Positions 28,410-37,102 of a stretch of DNA of 64,000 nucleotides are shown one piece after another. The position numbers were made by a program, and so were the translations under genes. Origin of the DNA: Candidatus Poribacteria bacterium (GTDB lineage Bacteria > Poribacteria > WGA-4E > WGA-3G); the NCBI GenBank assembly GCA_965242965.1, contig OZ251518.1, positions 960,001-1,024,000 on the forward strand. Direction: 5' to 3'. The notes beneath the pieces were generated by a model. It had not been told where the DNA came from, searched no databases, and saw nothing but the letters and a program-made list of their open reading frames with translations. Within the stretch, counting starts at the first letter, position 1. Every line of letters begins with the position of its first letter.

Positions 28410-28566
28410 GAATTCATCCTCCTTCAAAGCAGGTTTCCCGTGATAGGTGATTTTCTACTTCCGGAAGAATGCCTGTCGTGCAGTTGCACGGCGGTATTCT
28501 CTCTCATCAGCCTCAAGTCTCGCGATTTTCGCGCGTTTTTCGGTGCTGATGAGATGCTGTTCTGTT

Positions 28567-28665
28567 ATTTTACCCTTTTTGACAAAAAATGTCAAGGGCA
28601 AAGTCAAAAATACGGTGAAAAATACGGTCAAAAAGTCAAAAAGTCAAAAATATGGTAAAAAATAT
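28567..28665 (-). promoter_or_regulatory. Promoter TTGACA-17-TAAAAT with overlapping palindrome and upstream direct-repeat array
   Basis: TTGACA-N5-TGTCAA at 28579-28595; about 6 copies of GT(C/G/A)AAAAA at 28603-28662. Confidence 0.7.
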
Positions 28666-28836
28666 AATTTTTTCGGTCCGGGCGCGGGTTTTCACCGCGC
28701 CCGCCTTCCTCTTATCAGTCATTCGCCGATGTTTCAACAGACTTAGGTTCACATCGGTAGACTCGGTAGGCGCGGTTTTCAACAAAGGGCTTCATCGCAT
28801 CTGTTTATACCGCGCCGCCCGGGGACGGTGCCCTGC

Positions 28837-28990
28837 CTATTTTTGGTTGGGCACCCTTGTCTCCTCCACCCAGTCCAAGAACGAATCCTTCCTCGAAAAA
28901 TGCTGCATGAGTTCCCCGATGAGCGCGGGCTTTCGGAGAACACTCCATAACATGCCGCTATGAATGCCGTGCCGTTCTTTAAACTGCTTT
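28837..28990 (-). pseudogene. Stranded 3' end of a paralogue of the 28979-29848 lipoprotein
   Basis: Translates QFKERHGIHSGMLWSVLRKPALIGELMQHFSRKDSFLDWVEETRVPNQK* versus QFEAQNGIDEGLLWAALRKPALIGDILQHFSSTDVFLKWVEVTKAV*. Confidence 0.85.
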
Positions 28991-29848
28991 TGTTACCTCT
29001 ACCCATTTCAGAAACACATCGGTGCTGGAAAAGTGCTGCAGGATGTCGCCGATGAGTGCAGGCTTGCGAAGGGCCGCCCATAACAACCCTTCATCAATCC
29101 CATTCTGCGCTTCAAACTGCTCATGAAGCCACCCGGCATCCTCTCGCTCTGTCGCCGCAACAAAGTCTTCAAACGCCTGCTCAAAGTCGCCTTGGGCTTC
29201 ATCAAACGCCTGGCCGAAGTCGTTATCTTGAAGCGCGTGGCGCGTCATGAATGCTTCTACTCGCGGGTTTTCCGCCATAACGGCGAGTTTTTCAAACACC
29301 TGGCCTACTTCTCGAAAAACATCTCCTACCTGGACAACACCCTGTCGGAATTTGACCCGGAAAAGGTGAAGATTCATTTCCCGGTATTTCCCTGTCATCC
29401 ACTGAATGACTTCGACATCTTCCGGCGTGGGGTTACCTACCCATTTTTTCAAAAACGGGAGGTATCTTTCCTCATCCGGAGGGGCCTCCTCAAGATACGC
29501 CTCAAACGTCTGAAAGGGTTCGTCCGTTGGAAATTCTGCTGTGAGAAACGCCAGATAGGTATCGGAATTCACCACTTTTCGGAGCAGTGTGAAATCCTCG
29601 TCTACAATGGGCTGCGGAAACTGATTCCGCAATCGCGCGAAGGTCCTCTCCGCCCGCGTCGGTTCTGTGGCTATCGGTTCTGTGGCTATCGGTTCTGTGG
29701 CTATCGGCTTTGCCGCGCCGGCTTCAACCTGCATCCTTGTCTTTTCGCTTTTCGGTGCCACGATATCCGGGGGAGCGTCGCCGCACCCGGTGAAGTAGAA
29801 GACACTCGCGAAGAGTAGGAGCACCGTCAAACCTAGTAAGTTTTTCAT
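28979..29848 (-). CDS. Hypothetical lipoprotein
   Basis: MKNLLG...FTGC lipobox; 15-bp tandem repeat encoding (PIATE)x3. Confidence 0.75.
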   Translation of the reverse strand: MKNLLGLTVLLLFASVFYFTGCGDAPPDIVAPKSEKTRMQVEAGAAKPIATEPIATEPIATEPTRAERTFARLRNQFPQPIVDEDFTLLRKVVNSDTYLAFLTAEFPTDEPFQTFEAYLEEAPPDEERYLPFLKKWVGNPTPEDVEVIQWMTGKYREMNLHLFRVKFRQGVVQVGDVFREVGQVFEKLAVMAENPRVEAFMTRHALQDNDFGQAFDEAQGDFEQAFEDFVAATEREDAGWLHEQFEAQNGIDEGLLWAALRKPALIGDILQHFSSTDVFLKWVEVTKAV

Positions 29849-29945
29849 TGTTTCATCCCATTTTAGTTTATGAAGGGTAAACCCGCCGCGAGCCGCTGAT
29901 GCATCCGCTGCATCAATGCGTTCGCTGAAGATTTCCCTTCGTTGG

Positions 29946-30797
29946 TTAGTCGCCGAAGATTTGTTCAATGAACTTCATCTTCGATTCATAATACCCCGGC
30001 GTTGTCTCGCCTATTATTTCTGCTTGACGAATCATAGTCCGTTTTAACTCCATCGCCCCTTGCGGGTCGAGGATTTTGAAGCGACGCATTCCCTCTTTCA
30101 CACCATGTTGTTCAACAAGCGGCACAACAATGGGTTCAAGATGCTGGAGTGGATTGCGCACCATCTTCATGGGCTTATCCTGATAACTCCGCCCGGTAGC
30201 TATCCATTCCTTTATTGCTGCAATGCTCCTCTGGGTATCCGCATCGGGCCAGAGTTCATTGAGAGCTTCGTTATATGCTAACGCCTCATCAAACGGCATC
30301 GGTATCTGGGCCCTAAGTTTCAACTTTCCGGCGGCAAGGATGTCCGCCAGACTGTCAATATCCGGCACATCACTGAATTGTTTCATGATTTGTGCGCGGT
30401 AGTATTCGGCATACAAGGCCGGGTCAAGCGTCTCCGGCCAATTCCGAGGAGGATATGGTTCCTCTGATTCTTCGTCTAGCGTATCGTCCTCTGGAGAACT
30501 GAGTTGTGCCCACCACGAGTTAATGTCACCGTCGGTGTGGCTGTGGGCATGTTCCTCATCGGTCAGCCAATCGTCCTCATCAGGCACCCGTTTTGCCGCG
30601 GATGTCTCCTGATGCGTTCCTTCTTCGTGAGGGTGCGAGGTGTCACCCGGGGGTGCCTCGTGTTCCTGTGGTGCAACAGCCGTTGGCACTGGCGGCAGGC
30701 TGTTGTCAAAGTTTCGTTTTGCGATCTGGTAGTATACCGTCATGCCGATGCAAAACAGCACGGTGATGGCAAACACCAGCCAAATGCGCCTATCCAT
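29946..30797 (-). CDS. Hypothetical membrane-anchored exported protein
   Basis: SD GGAG, N-terminal TM helix, His/acidic low-complexity linker. Confidence 0.7.
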   Translation of the reverse strand: MDRRIWLVFAITVLFCIGMTVYYQIAKRNFDNSLPPVPTAVAPQEHEAPPGDTSHPHEEGTHQETSAAKRVPDEDDWLTDEEHAHSHTDGDINSWWAQLSSPEDDTLDEESEEPYPPRNWPETLDPALYAEYYRAQIMKQFSDVPDIDSLADILAAGKLKLRAQIPMPFDEALAYNEALNELWPDADTQRSIAAIKEWIATGRSYQDKPMKMVRNPLQHLEPIVVPLVEQHGVKEGMRRFKILDPQGAMELKRTMIRQAEIIGETTPGYYESKMKFIEQIFGD

Positions 30798-30812
30798 TTT
30801 TCTCCCTCCTGT

Positions 30813-31595
30813 TTAGTGTTGGAAGTCCAAGAATTGATAGGGATCGATGCCCGCATCTTCGTAGTCAATCACGGTGATGTGCGGCGGAATGATCCCTTCC
30901 GCAAAGTCCTCTTCATGGCCTCCAACCCCGGGGCCACCCAGAACGCTCGCAGGATAGCGAGCAAGGGTGCCATCCTCTTCTTCCCACACATCCCACTCGA
31001 TGTAAGCAATGTTAGGATAGAGCGGGTAAATTAACCCGGTTTTGCTCTCATAAACGACTCCTTCGGCGTAGTATCCCTGCTGCCAGAGTTTGATGCAAAC
31101 CCGTTCCATTAACTCGTGTTTTCGCGCCGATTCGGGGTCGGTGAGGTAGAGTGCCTCTATCGCGTCCCACGCGTCTTGTTCCGGGTAGTCTGGCGGGATT
31201 TCGGGATAAACGCCGAAGCCAAAGAGGGACACGCGCGGCGGTGCTGCCGCTGGGGCATCTTCTTCAGCCAACCAGTTTTCCTCAAGACTCTCTGCGACTG
31301 CTACCGCAGCTGCCGGGACCGGTATCGCCTCGGGCACCGGTGCCGGTGTGCGGTGTGCAGTCTGCACGTCGTTCGTCACCTCTTGCGGTAGTGTGAGGAT
31401 ATCTGTCTCTTCGGTGCGTGTCAGGGATGCCGTCTGTCCCCTCTCCACTTGTTGGATGAATCGCCGCGTCTCCGCCTCTTCATGTCGGAGTTTGCTGTGT
31501 TCGTGTTGGCTCCAAAAGTGGATGCCGACAATCACGAGCCCACAACCTATCAATGCGGCGATGAGGCTTTTGTTTGCAAACACTTCGCGTAACAT
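30813..31595 (-). CDS. Hypothetical membrane-anchored exported protein
   Basis: SD GGAGG, N-terminal TM helix, VSLFGFGVYPEIPPDYP...GIDPYQFL. Confidence 0.7.
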   Translation of the reverse strand: MLREVFANKSLIAALIGCGLVIVGIHFWSQHEHSKLRHEEAETRRFIQQVERGQTASLTRTEETDILTLPQEVTNDVQTAHRTPAPVPEAIPVPAAAVAVAESLEENWLAEEDAPAAAPPRVSLFGFGVYPEIPPDYPEQDAWDAIEALYLTDPESARKHELMERVCIKLWQQGYYAEGVVYESKTGLIYPLYPNIAYIEWDVWEEEDGTLARYPASVLGGPGVGGHEEDFAEGIIPPHITVIDYEDAGIDPYQFLDFQH

Positions 31596-31975
31596 CTTTG
31601 CACCTCCCTTTTGGTTGAATGCAGATTGGTAACCTTCACATCGGATAACTTGTCACAACCGGAAAGAAATCTCATCAAGCCGTGCATCACCGTGATGCAT
31701 CCAGCGAAACTCAAACATCAAATATGTTCAATTCCCGCTGGTTTTTCGTTTCGCTTGTTGTGATCCTCTCTCCTTTGTACTTAAGTATAGGTATTTTTGG
31801 CAGAAGATTTAGGGTGATTTTGCTTTTTTTTCACTTTTTTTTGGAAAAACCGGTCTTTTTTGCACTTTTTTTATCAAATTCGCGAAAAATCTGGGAAAAA
31901 TGTGTCAAAATGATGAAACGTCGTCTATCGCTAAATGAAGATGAACGCATTTCTCGCGCGTGATGTCGTTTGTGT

Positions 31976-32004
31976 TTGACAATTAGAGACTCATCCTGTA
32001 TAAT
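31976..32004 (+). promoter_or_regulatory. Consensus sigma70 promoter 4 bp upstream of a MITE end
   Basis: TTGACA-17 bp-TATAAT. Confidence 0.75.
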
Positions 32005-32008
32005 AACT

Positions 32009-32825
32009 GAGGGGGTTTCATAAATCCGTGCCCTACGGTGAACGGGGATGATTTCTTAGGTGTTACCGTAGCGCGGGGGCCTGTCCCCCGCGATCTCTCG
32101 ACCTAGGCGAAAAATGCCCGCAGCCCCGAGACCCCGGATGGTTGTTGCTCAGATCGGTGCATGGCGAGGGACAGGCCCGCGCCCTACGGTATAGAAGGAG
32201 AATTCGAGGCATGGCGAGGGACAGGCCCGCGCCCTACGGTGAAAGGGGCCGTTTTGGATACCGTAGCGCGGGGGCCTGTCCCCCGCGATCTCTCAGGTGT
32301 CTGAAGCAGGATTTCCAAGATTCACACGATTTACAAGATTATCTCCGGCGCAACGAGCATTCCTTTTGCAATGATGCCTCTTCAGGTCCTTTAGGTCCTG
32401 CATGTCTATAGAAAAACTGCTCTGCCACTGTTTTCAAGGTCCGTTAGGACCTTAATGAAACGAGACATACAGCACAACTGCACATTAAGGTCTTACAGAC
32501 CTTAGGGTGCGCTGCGATGCAGGATGCTATAGACATTAAGGTTTTACAGACCTGAGGCATGGCGAGGGACAGGCCCTCGCCCTACGGTGCCGAAGAGACG
32601 CGCGCCATTAACGTAGCGCGGGGGCCTGTCCCCCGCGATCTCTCGACCTAGGCGGAAAACGCCCGCCGCCCGGAGACCACGGATGTTTGCTGCTCATGTC
32701 GGTGCATGGCGAGGGACAGGCCCGCGCCCTACGATGAACGGGGCAATCAAGCATGGCGAGGGACAGGCCCGCGCCCTACAGTGCAAGCGGCAATCAAGCA
32801 TGGCGAGGGCCTGTCCCCGCGCCGT
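32009..32825. repeat. MITE end (copy G) followed by a mosaic REP cluster
   Basis: GAGGGGGTTTCATAA, then many GTAG-REPs and ATAGACAT-AAGGTC..GACCT hairpins; an approximately 110-bp unit is duplicated at 32068 and 32612. Confidence 0.8.
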
Positions 32826-32895
32826 TGAACGAATTATGGAATACCCTGATAATAGATAGAGATATGACGCATCTTCATCACAGCGGAGGCCCAAA

Positions 32896-33933
32896 ATACG
32901 AAATAAGATTGCCAAAATCGTCTTCCCCACGGCACTGGCGATTGTTATCACCTACTTCCTTTTACGGGAAATCGACATCCGAGAGATCCCGAAAACACTG
33001 AGCCGACTTTCTGTCAAAGCACTGTTCATTGGATTCGGCTGTTATTGCTTGCTGGTGTGGTTCAAAACGCTGCGCTTCCGCGAATTGCTGGGATTGGAGC
33101 GTTGCGGCGTGCATCACCTCGTTCCTATCCTCGCCTTGCACACGTTCTGGGGGAATTTCCTGCCGATGCGGACTGGGGACATCTCCTATGTCTATCTGAT
33201 GCAACGGCGGCAGAAAGTGGATGCAACGCAGGGCATCGCCTCGCTCCTGATCGCAAGTCTGATCGATCTGCTCCTGTTAATCGGTTTGATGGTAGGCACA
33301 GCATCGCTGTTGCAAGCACGCTTGCAAGGCATCAGTTGGACATTGCTCTATCTGATGCCGTTGCTCATCGGGGTAGGGCTGCTGACATTGCTGGTGATTG
33401 CGTGCATCGCGCCGAAGTTCTGCATGGCAGTCGCCGAGAGATGCGCCACACCGCTATTGCGCCTTAACCAACCGCCGCTCACGTGGATAGTCACCAAGGG
33501 GATGGCAGTCATCAGCGAAGTTACGCAGCTTGTCAAGGGAGCCACGGCTGTGAAAAGCCATATCCAGCCGTTTCTGAAGGTCTGGGTGTATTCTTTCATC
33601 TGTCTCGCAATTCGGTTTGGGTTTCAGTGCTATCTTGTCGCGGAGATGGGGGTGGGTATTCCGTTGATTGAGGTGCTGTTCGCGCTTGTCTTTACCAACG
33701 TGTTTAACCTGCTACCCATCCAAACCGTCGGTAACTTCGGGACCACCGAGTTTCCGTTTGTGTGGCTGCTTCACCTTTTCGGCACTTCCAAAGCAACAGG
33801 CACTGTCGTCGGATTCAGTCTGCACCTGATTATTTTGTTGTATTGTCTGCCTTTGGGCGCGTTCGGATTTGTATTCGGCAGGACGCAACGCGAACCCGGT
33901 AGGCGCAGATCGCGCAAAGGAGAAATAACATGA
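32896..33933 (+). CDS. Lysylphosphatidylglycerol-synthase TM / flippase-like (UPF0104) membrane protein; start non-canonical or frameshifted
   Basis: GNFLPMRTGD, LLPIQTVGNFGTTE; the frame stays open back to 32860 and encodes the expected first TM helix; GGAGG-6 nt-ATA at 32896. Confidence 0.75.
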   Translation: MRNKIAKIVFPTALAIVITYFLLREIDIREIPKTLSRLSVKALFIGFGCYCLLVWFKTLRFRELLGLERCGVHHLVPILALHTFWGNFLPMRTGDISYVYLMQRRQKVDATQGIASLLIASLIDLLLLIGLMVGTASLLQARLQGISWTLLYLMPLLIGVGLLTLLVIACIAPKFCMAVAERCATPLLRLNQPPLTWIVTKGMAVISEVTQLVKGATAVKSHIQPFLKVWVYSFICLAIRFGFQCYLVAEMGVGIPLIEVLFALVFTNVFNLLPIQTVGNFGTTEFPFVWLLHLFGTSKATGTVVGFSLHLIILLYCLPLGAFGFVFGRTQREPGRRRSRKGEIT

Positions 33934-34748
33934 GAATTATCGACCCGCACGTTCACGTGTGGAAAAATGACCCGAGGTTCCCGTGGGCACCGGAGACGAC
34001 GAACCCACCCTCCGAAGATGCCACCGCGGAAATGTTGCTGGAATTGATGGCCGCCAACGGCGTTGAAAAAACAGTCCTCGTCCAGGTCATCCACTATCGG
34101 TGGGATAATAGTTACGCGGCGGACGCGATGAAGCGGTATCCGGATAAATTCATGGGCGTGTGCCGAATTAATCCCGAAGACCCGGGCGCACCGGAGCATC
34201 TCAGCCGTTGGACAGAAGAGCACGGTTTCCACGGCGTGCGGCTGAGCCCTTCAACGGGTCCCGCGGGAGATTGGTTCACTGGGCCCTTAATGCCTCCCAT
34301 TTTCAGACGCGCTGAAACACTCGGCGTGCCGATGCTGATTTTGACAGGACCGGAACGGCTGGCTGACTTGGTGCCGTTATTAGAACAACACGGAGATCTG
34401 GATGTCGTGGTAGATCACATGGCAGATTGTTCGCCTGCGGAGCCCGAAAAACTTGATTTGCTCCTGAACCTTGCGCGCTTCCCGCGCGTCTATGTGAAGA
34501 TTAGTCATACCTGGTCCCTCTCGCAGGAGCGGTATCCGTGGGCAGACACGCTCGCTCAGGTGAAGAGGGTGTATCACGCTTTTGGCGGCAATCGGATAAT
34601 GTGGGGGACAGATTGGCCGGTCTGTCTGAAGCGTGCGAGTTATGCGGAAACGCTGTCGGTTGTCCGCGATGAGATGGATTTCTTCACGGCTGAGGATAGG
34701 GAGTGGGTTTTGGGGAAAACGGCGTTGCGGCTCTGGAAATTCGATTAG
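33930..34748 (+). CDS. Amidohydrolase family 2 protein
   Basis: IIDPHVHVW, VVVDHMA, VYVKIS, IMWGTDWP. Confidence 0.9.
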   Translation: MRIIDPHVHVWKNDPRFPWAPETTNPPSEDATAEMLLELMAANGVEKTVLVQVIHYRWDNSYAADAMKRYPDKFMGVCRINPEDPGAPEHLSRWTEEHGFHGVRLSPSTGPAGDWFTGPLMPPIFRRAETLGVPMLILTGPERLADLVPLLEQHGDLDVVVDHMADCSPAEPEKLDLLLNLARFPRVYVKISHTWSLSQERYPWADTLAQVKRVYHAFGGNRIMWGTDWPVCLKRASYAETLSVVRDEMDFFTAEDREWVLGKTALRLWKFD

Positions 34749-34792
34749 CAAAAAAAGTTGCTTTTCCGCGCGATATCGTGTATAATTTACGT

Positions 34793-35087
34793 GAGGGGGT
34801 TTCATAACTCCGTTTTGGTATTTATCCTGTCTCGGAGGGAGGGCGAATACCAGAAGGCATCGGGCCCATCTCTGTAGTTCGGGAGCACCCGCTCCCGAAC
34901 GTTCAGGATCAGGCGATCCTGCCCTACAGGAGTGATGCAGTCTGACAGCCGAACGCATGGCGAGGGACAGGCCCTCGCCCTACGTGAAGGGGAGGCGTTT
35001 TTTTCACCGCAGCGCAGGGCCCTCGGATGCCACACGCGCATCCGAGCGGGTTTCACCGCGACGTTGAGCGATTTATGAAACACCCTC
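34793..35087. mobile_element. MITE copy B
   Basis: GAGGGGGTTTCATAA...TTATGAAACACCCTC; exact 9-bp TSD AATTTACGT; 6 bp downstream of TTGCTT-17-TATAAT (34758-34786). Confidence 0.85.
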
Positions 35088-35152
35088 AATTTACGTGAAT
35101 TGATGGCGCGCATCGCGCAATCTAAAATCATAAATTCAAAAGAGGTTTTATT

Positions 35153-36853
35153 ATGGTGAAACATCAGAAAATTATCGTGCTTATTTTAGCCATCGCCTTG
35201 ATTGCCTACAGTGCGCAAGGCGTTAGCCACGCACAAAATATCCCGGCAAACCAGATTTATGCCGAGGCGATGCATTCTGTGGTGTGGATTAACCACACCG
35301 ACAACGCCTTTCAAGGGAGCGGCGTGCTGATTGACAAGGACAAGCGGTTCGTTGTTACTAACGCACACGTGACAGAAGGCGCGAAGTGGGTAGAGGTATT
35401 TTTCCCGGTGCCCGACTTGGAGGGGACCCTGATTCAGAGTCGCGACTACTATGAAATGAATTACGAGTTTCTTGAACGGCTCGGCTATGCTACGTCGGGC
35501 CGTGTCATCGCAGAAAATGTTACGAGAGACTTGGCGATTGTGGAACTCACGGGGCTCCCCGCGACTGCGCGCGAGATTCGCCACGACTTCAACCCGCTAC
35601 TCCCGCTTACCCCGCGCATCGGAGAGACTGTCCATATCCTCGGTAACCCTAGCGAGCGAGCCCTGTGGCGTTGGACACCCGGGCTTTATCAAGGGCTGGA
35701 TGCAGGTTGGTTGTTCCTCAATGCGAATGTGTTGGGCGGCAACAGCGGTGGGCCGGTTCTCAACGCGCAAGGTATGCTCATCGGGATTATCTCGTTGGGC
35801 GATGATGCTGTGAATGCCTGGGCCGTCCGCGCGGAACACATAGAGAGTTTGCTGAATACGGTGCAACCCGTGCCTACGTTCAAAATCACAAACGTTTCGG
35901 CATTTAAGCTAACCTATCATGTCAAATGGTCAAATGATGACAGTTGGGTGCAATCTTCTCTCAACCCTGGCGGTGCTTTTTATCACTATCGGCCGGGCGC
36001 AACAGTTCTCCAAGGGTATCCTAAAATCGCTGTAGGTGATTATGTCTGGTCGGTTTCCGCTGAAGAGGGTTACTTCGGTGCAGACTACCAGAATCAGGTA
36101 ACCGATGCGGATGCGCGTCTATACCATTTTGAGTATGATGCTGTCGCAGGAGTCTGGGATCTTTACGATGTTGATGTCCTGCTCCCGGAGGATGTCAACA
36201 ACGACGATGTCGTCAACATGTGGGATTTAACATTCGTTTGGCGAGTCTTGCTGAACACGGCGGACGTTAATGGAGATGGACTTATCAATAATGCCGATGC
36301 CATTTTGGTGCAGGCCGCCGATGTGAACGGAGATGGAAAGGTTGACATCGATGACCTTCTGCAAGTTGCGAGTTGGTTAGGAGCGGATGAACTGTCTGCG
36401 CCTTCACATTCGCAGGGGCCCTTGGCTTTCACCGCGGCGGATGTTCAGCAGTGGCTCCTCCAAGCGAAGCAGTTTGGCACGCGCGAGCCCACTTATGAAA
36501 AGGGAATTCGCGTGCTTGAGCAGCTCTTGGCGACGCTGCGGCAAGTAGAAGCGAAGCCGAAAGAGACGGCTCTATTGCCCAACTACCCAAATCCGTTCAA
36601 TCCGGAAACATGGGTGCCGTATCAGTTGGCGGCGGCGGCGGATGTCACGCTGACTATCTATGCCGTGGATGGGACGTTGGTTCGGACGTTAGCGTTGGGA
36701 CATCGTCCTGCTGGCAAGTATCAGAGCAAGAGCCGTGCTGCGTATTGGGACGGCCGCAATGCGCTCGGTGAACCTGTGGCAAGCGGGATTTACTTTTACA
36801 CGCTCACCGCAGGCGATTTCTCGGCGACAGGGAAAATGTTGGTGAGGAAATAG
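35153..36853 (+). CDS. Secreted trypsin-like serine protease with dockerin-like repeats and FlgD/T9SS-type C-terminal domain
   Basis: TNAHV, DLAIV, GNSGGP triad; DVNGDG repeats; LLPNYPNPFNPETW...WDGRN...VASGIYFYTL. Confidence 0.88.
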   Translation: MVKHQKIIVLILAIALIAYSAQGVSHAQNIPANQIYAEAMHSVVWINHTDNAFQGSGVLIDKDKRFVVTNAHVTEGAKWVEVFFPVPDLEGTLIQSRDYYEMNYEFLERLGYATSGRVIAENVTRDLAIVELTGLPATAREIRHDFNPLLPLTPRIGETVHILGNPSERALWRWTPGLYQGLDAGWLFLNANVLGGNSGGPVLNAQGMLIGIISLGDDAVNAWAVRAEHIESLLNTVQPVPTFKITNVSAFKLTYHVKWSNDDSWVQSSLNPGGAFYHYRPGATVLQGYPKIAVGDYVWSVSAEEGYFGADYQNQVTDADARLYHFEYDAVAGVWDLYDVDVLLPEDVNNDDVVNMWDLTFVWRVLLNTADVNGDGLINNADAILVQAADVNGDGKVDIDDLLQVASWLGADELSAPSHSQGPLAFTAADVQQWLLQAKQFGTREPTYEKGIRVLEQLLATLRQVEAKPKETALLPNYPNPFNPETWVPYQLAAAADVTLTIYAVDGTLVRTLALGHRPAGKYQSKSRAAYWDGRNALGEPVASGIYFYTLTAGDFSATGKMLVRK

Positions 36854-36898
36854 GGATTTTCTGTGGGGCGGGGACTGTTTCGCGACGGTTTGAAGGTT

Positions 36899-37086
36899 CG
36901 CGGGGGACAGGCCCCCGCGCTACGGTTATTGCGCGCGTCTCTCGCGGCAGGATTCGCGGGGGACAGGCCCCCGCGCTACGGAACTGAGTGAGTCTCTCGC
37001 GGCAGGATTCGCGGGGGACAGGCCCCCGCGCTACGGAACTGAGTGAGTCTCTCGCGGCACCGTAGGGCGCGGGCCTGTCCCGCGCC
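36899..37086. repeat. REP array (3 tandem REP units of about 51-55 bp plus one inverted REP)
   Basis: CGCGGGGGACAGGCCCCCGCGCTACGG x3. Confidence 0.85.
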
Positions 37087-37102
37087 AGATTCAGGAGGAA
37101 AT

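Noticed and set aside
28837-29120. Diversity-generating retroelement TR/VR pair
   Set aside because: Differences are not adenine-specific, divergence is largely codon-conserving, and there is no reverse transcriptase in the window
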